Source of the DNA: Candidatus Udaeobacter sp.
Lineage (GTDB): Bacteria > Verrucomicrobiota > Verrucomicrobiia > Chthoniobacterales > UBA10450
NCBI GenBank assembly: GCA_036264275.1
Contig: DATARG010000164.1
Location: 1 to 37,268 of the forward strand
Length of the DNA stretch: 37,268 nucleotides
Reading direction: 5' to 3'
Shown here: piece by piece, positions 36,205 to 37,268 of the stretch
Layout of the letters: the number at the start of each line of letters is the position of its first letter
Numbering within the stretch: position 1 is the stretch's first letter
Notes under the pieces: generated by a model
Databases searched by the model: none
What the model saw: the letters and a program-made list of their open reading frames with translations, nothing else
Told to the model about the DNA's origin: nothing
Position numbers and translations under genes: made by a program

Positions 36205-36289
36205 CGGAGGGGGTGAGATTCGAACTCACGAGACCTTTCGGCCTTCCGGTTTTCAAGACCGGCGCGATCAACCGCTCTGCCACCCCTCC
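36205..36289 (-). tRNA. tRNA-Ser (anticodon UGA)
   Basis: Reverse strand: GGAGGGGTGGCAGAGCGGTTGATCGCGCCGGTCTTGAAAACCGGAAGGCCGAAAGGTCTCGTGAGTTCGAATCTCACCCCCTCCG. 7-bp acceptor stem, anticodon loop CTTGAAA, long variable arm, T arm GTGAG-TTCGAAT-CTCAC, discriminator G, no encoded CCA. Close to E. coli tRNA-Ser(UGA) as I recall it. Confidence 0.92.
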
Positions 36290-36398
36290 GGAAACTGGTG
36301 ATCAGTGAATAGTGATGAGCAATCGGCGCGCAAGTATAGCAGGAACTCAAAGATTTGCTCGACAGAGGAATATGTTCAGGTGAACTTGCCTCGTGCTC

Positions 36399-37268
36399 GT
36401 GAACAAGAAGTTCAAGCCGGTGATCTTGGAAACGCCGCAGAGTAAGCAGGCGATTCCGGGGCGCGGCGCGTCCTGGAGCCCGGCGAACCGATTTGAAAAA
36501 CTGCATATCGATTTAACCGACCCGGATGTAGTCGACGCTGCCTGCGAGACGGAAGAAAGACCACGCCGTCCGACTCAATATTTTCGCGATGGCACTAGAA
36601 CAATCATCACCCGCAATACGAGTCCGGATGTTGGTTTCGAAACAAGTTTAAATCCATATCGCGGTTGCGAGCATGGGTGCATCTATTGTTACGCGCGACC
36701 GACGCATGAGTATCTCGGGTTTTCCGCAGGTCTTGATTTCGAGAGCAAGATAATGGTCAAAACCAATGCTCCAGAGTTGTTGCGCGCCGAACTCGAATCA
36801 CCGCGATGGCAACCGCAGACGCTCGTTTTGAGCGGTGTGACCGATCCATATCAACCGGTAGAACGAAAATTGCAGATCACGCGTGGCTGCTTGGAGGTCC
36901 TGGCAAAATTTCGCAACCCGGTAGCCATCATCACGAAGAACCATCTGGTCACTCGCGATATCGATATTTTGCGCGAGCTCGCGGCGGACAATGCTGCGGC
37001 AGTCAATATTTCAGTGACATCTCTCGATCCAACGTTGCAACGAGTGCTCGAACCGCGAACATCCTCGCCGCCGGGTCGCCTCCATGCCATCGAACAACTT
37101 CGTGCAGCAAAAATCCCGGTTGGTGTGATGGTCGCGCCAATCATTCCCGGTTTCAATGATCATGAGGTTCCGAAGATCCTGGACGCTTCCGCAAAAGCCG
37201 GTGCGCAGTTCGCCGGTTACACAATTGTGCGTCTGCCATGGGCGGTTGCACCTTTGTTCGAGCATTGG
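36399..37268 (+). CDS. PA0069-type radical SAM protein (SplB/COG1533-like), N-terminal 290 codons, continues past the right edge
   Basis: Absent from the ORF track because no stop lies in the window. GTG 36399 (or GTG 36393). Hand translation ...IPGRGASWSPANRFEKLHI...SLNPYRGCEHGCIYCYARPTHEYLG...VLSGVTDPYQP... includes the CxxxCxxC cluster. Confidence 0.8.
   Translation, partial: MNKKFKPVILETPQSKQAIPGRGASWSPANRFEKLHIDLTDPDVVDAACETEERPRRPTQYFRDGTRTIITRNTSPDVGFETSLNPYRGCEHGCIYCYARPTHEYLGFSAGLDFESKIMVKTNAPELLRAELESPRWQPQTLVLSGVTDPYQPVERKLQITRGCLEVLAKFRNPVAIITKNHLVTRDIDILRELAADNAAAVNISVTSLDPTLQRVLEPRTSSPPGRLHAIEQLRAAKIPVGVMVAPIIPGFNDHEVPKILDASAKAGAQFAGYTIVRLPWAVAPLFEHW

Noticed and set aside
35978-36308. 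ORFs 35978..36283 (-) and 36006..36308 (+)
   Set aside because: Both overlap the tRNA-Ser gene. The minus-strand one starts with a GTG inside the tRNA acceptor/D region.

Overview
The window reads as a chromosomal segment of about 55% GC. Low-complexity repeats encoding TSN/QTSN peptides suggest a soil Verrucomicrobiota-like organism, but I cannot verify this without a search. Most of it is ordinary housekeeping and envelope genes: lnt (cut by the left edge), a phosphohexomutase, tmk-holB, an L,D-transpeptidase, ispH, ku, ruvA, tRNA-Ser(UGA), an ArnT-like glycosyltransferase, a PAP2 phosphatase, an S46 peptidase, and a PA0069-type radical SAM gene (cut by the right edge). The clear accessory region is 19897-22785. 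It is an integron-type gene cassette array with five attC recombination sites and no integrase in the window (CALIN-like). Its cassettes are a frameshifted DUF2314-like gene, a 92-aa orphan, two divergent paralogues of an uncharacterised membrane-anchored protein, and a VOC/glyoxalase-fold protein. The array shows decay: one attC has lost both conserved triplets, one cassette looks like a fusion of two, and a frameshifted serine hydrolase lies next to it. Other points worth a second look: a PHP-phosphoesterase/GT4 glycosyltransferase fusion translationally coupled to a DUF2334 deacetylase-fold gene; a REP-like double-hairpin repeat family placed right after stop codons; a dispersed CA-rich simple repeat read in frame as QTSN-type peptides inside three CDSs; a nested palindromic MITE-like element; and a sulfotransferase/methyltransferase trio sharing a 10-mer in front of two start codons. 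All calls rest on hand translation and motif recognition. No database search was run, and hand-derived coordinates were anchored to ORF-track endpoints.
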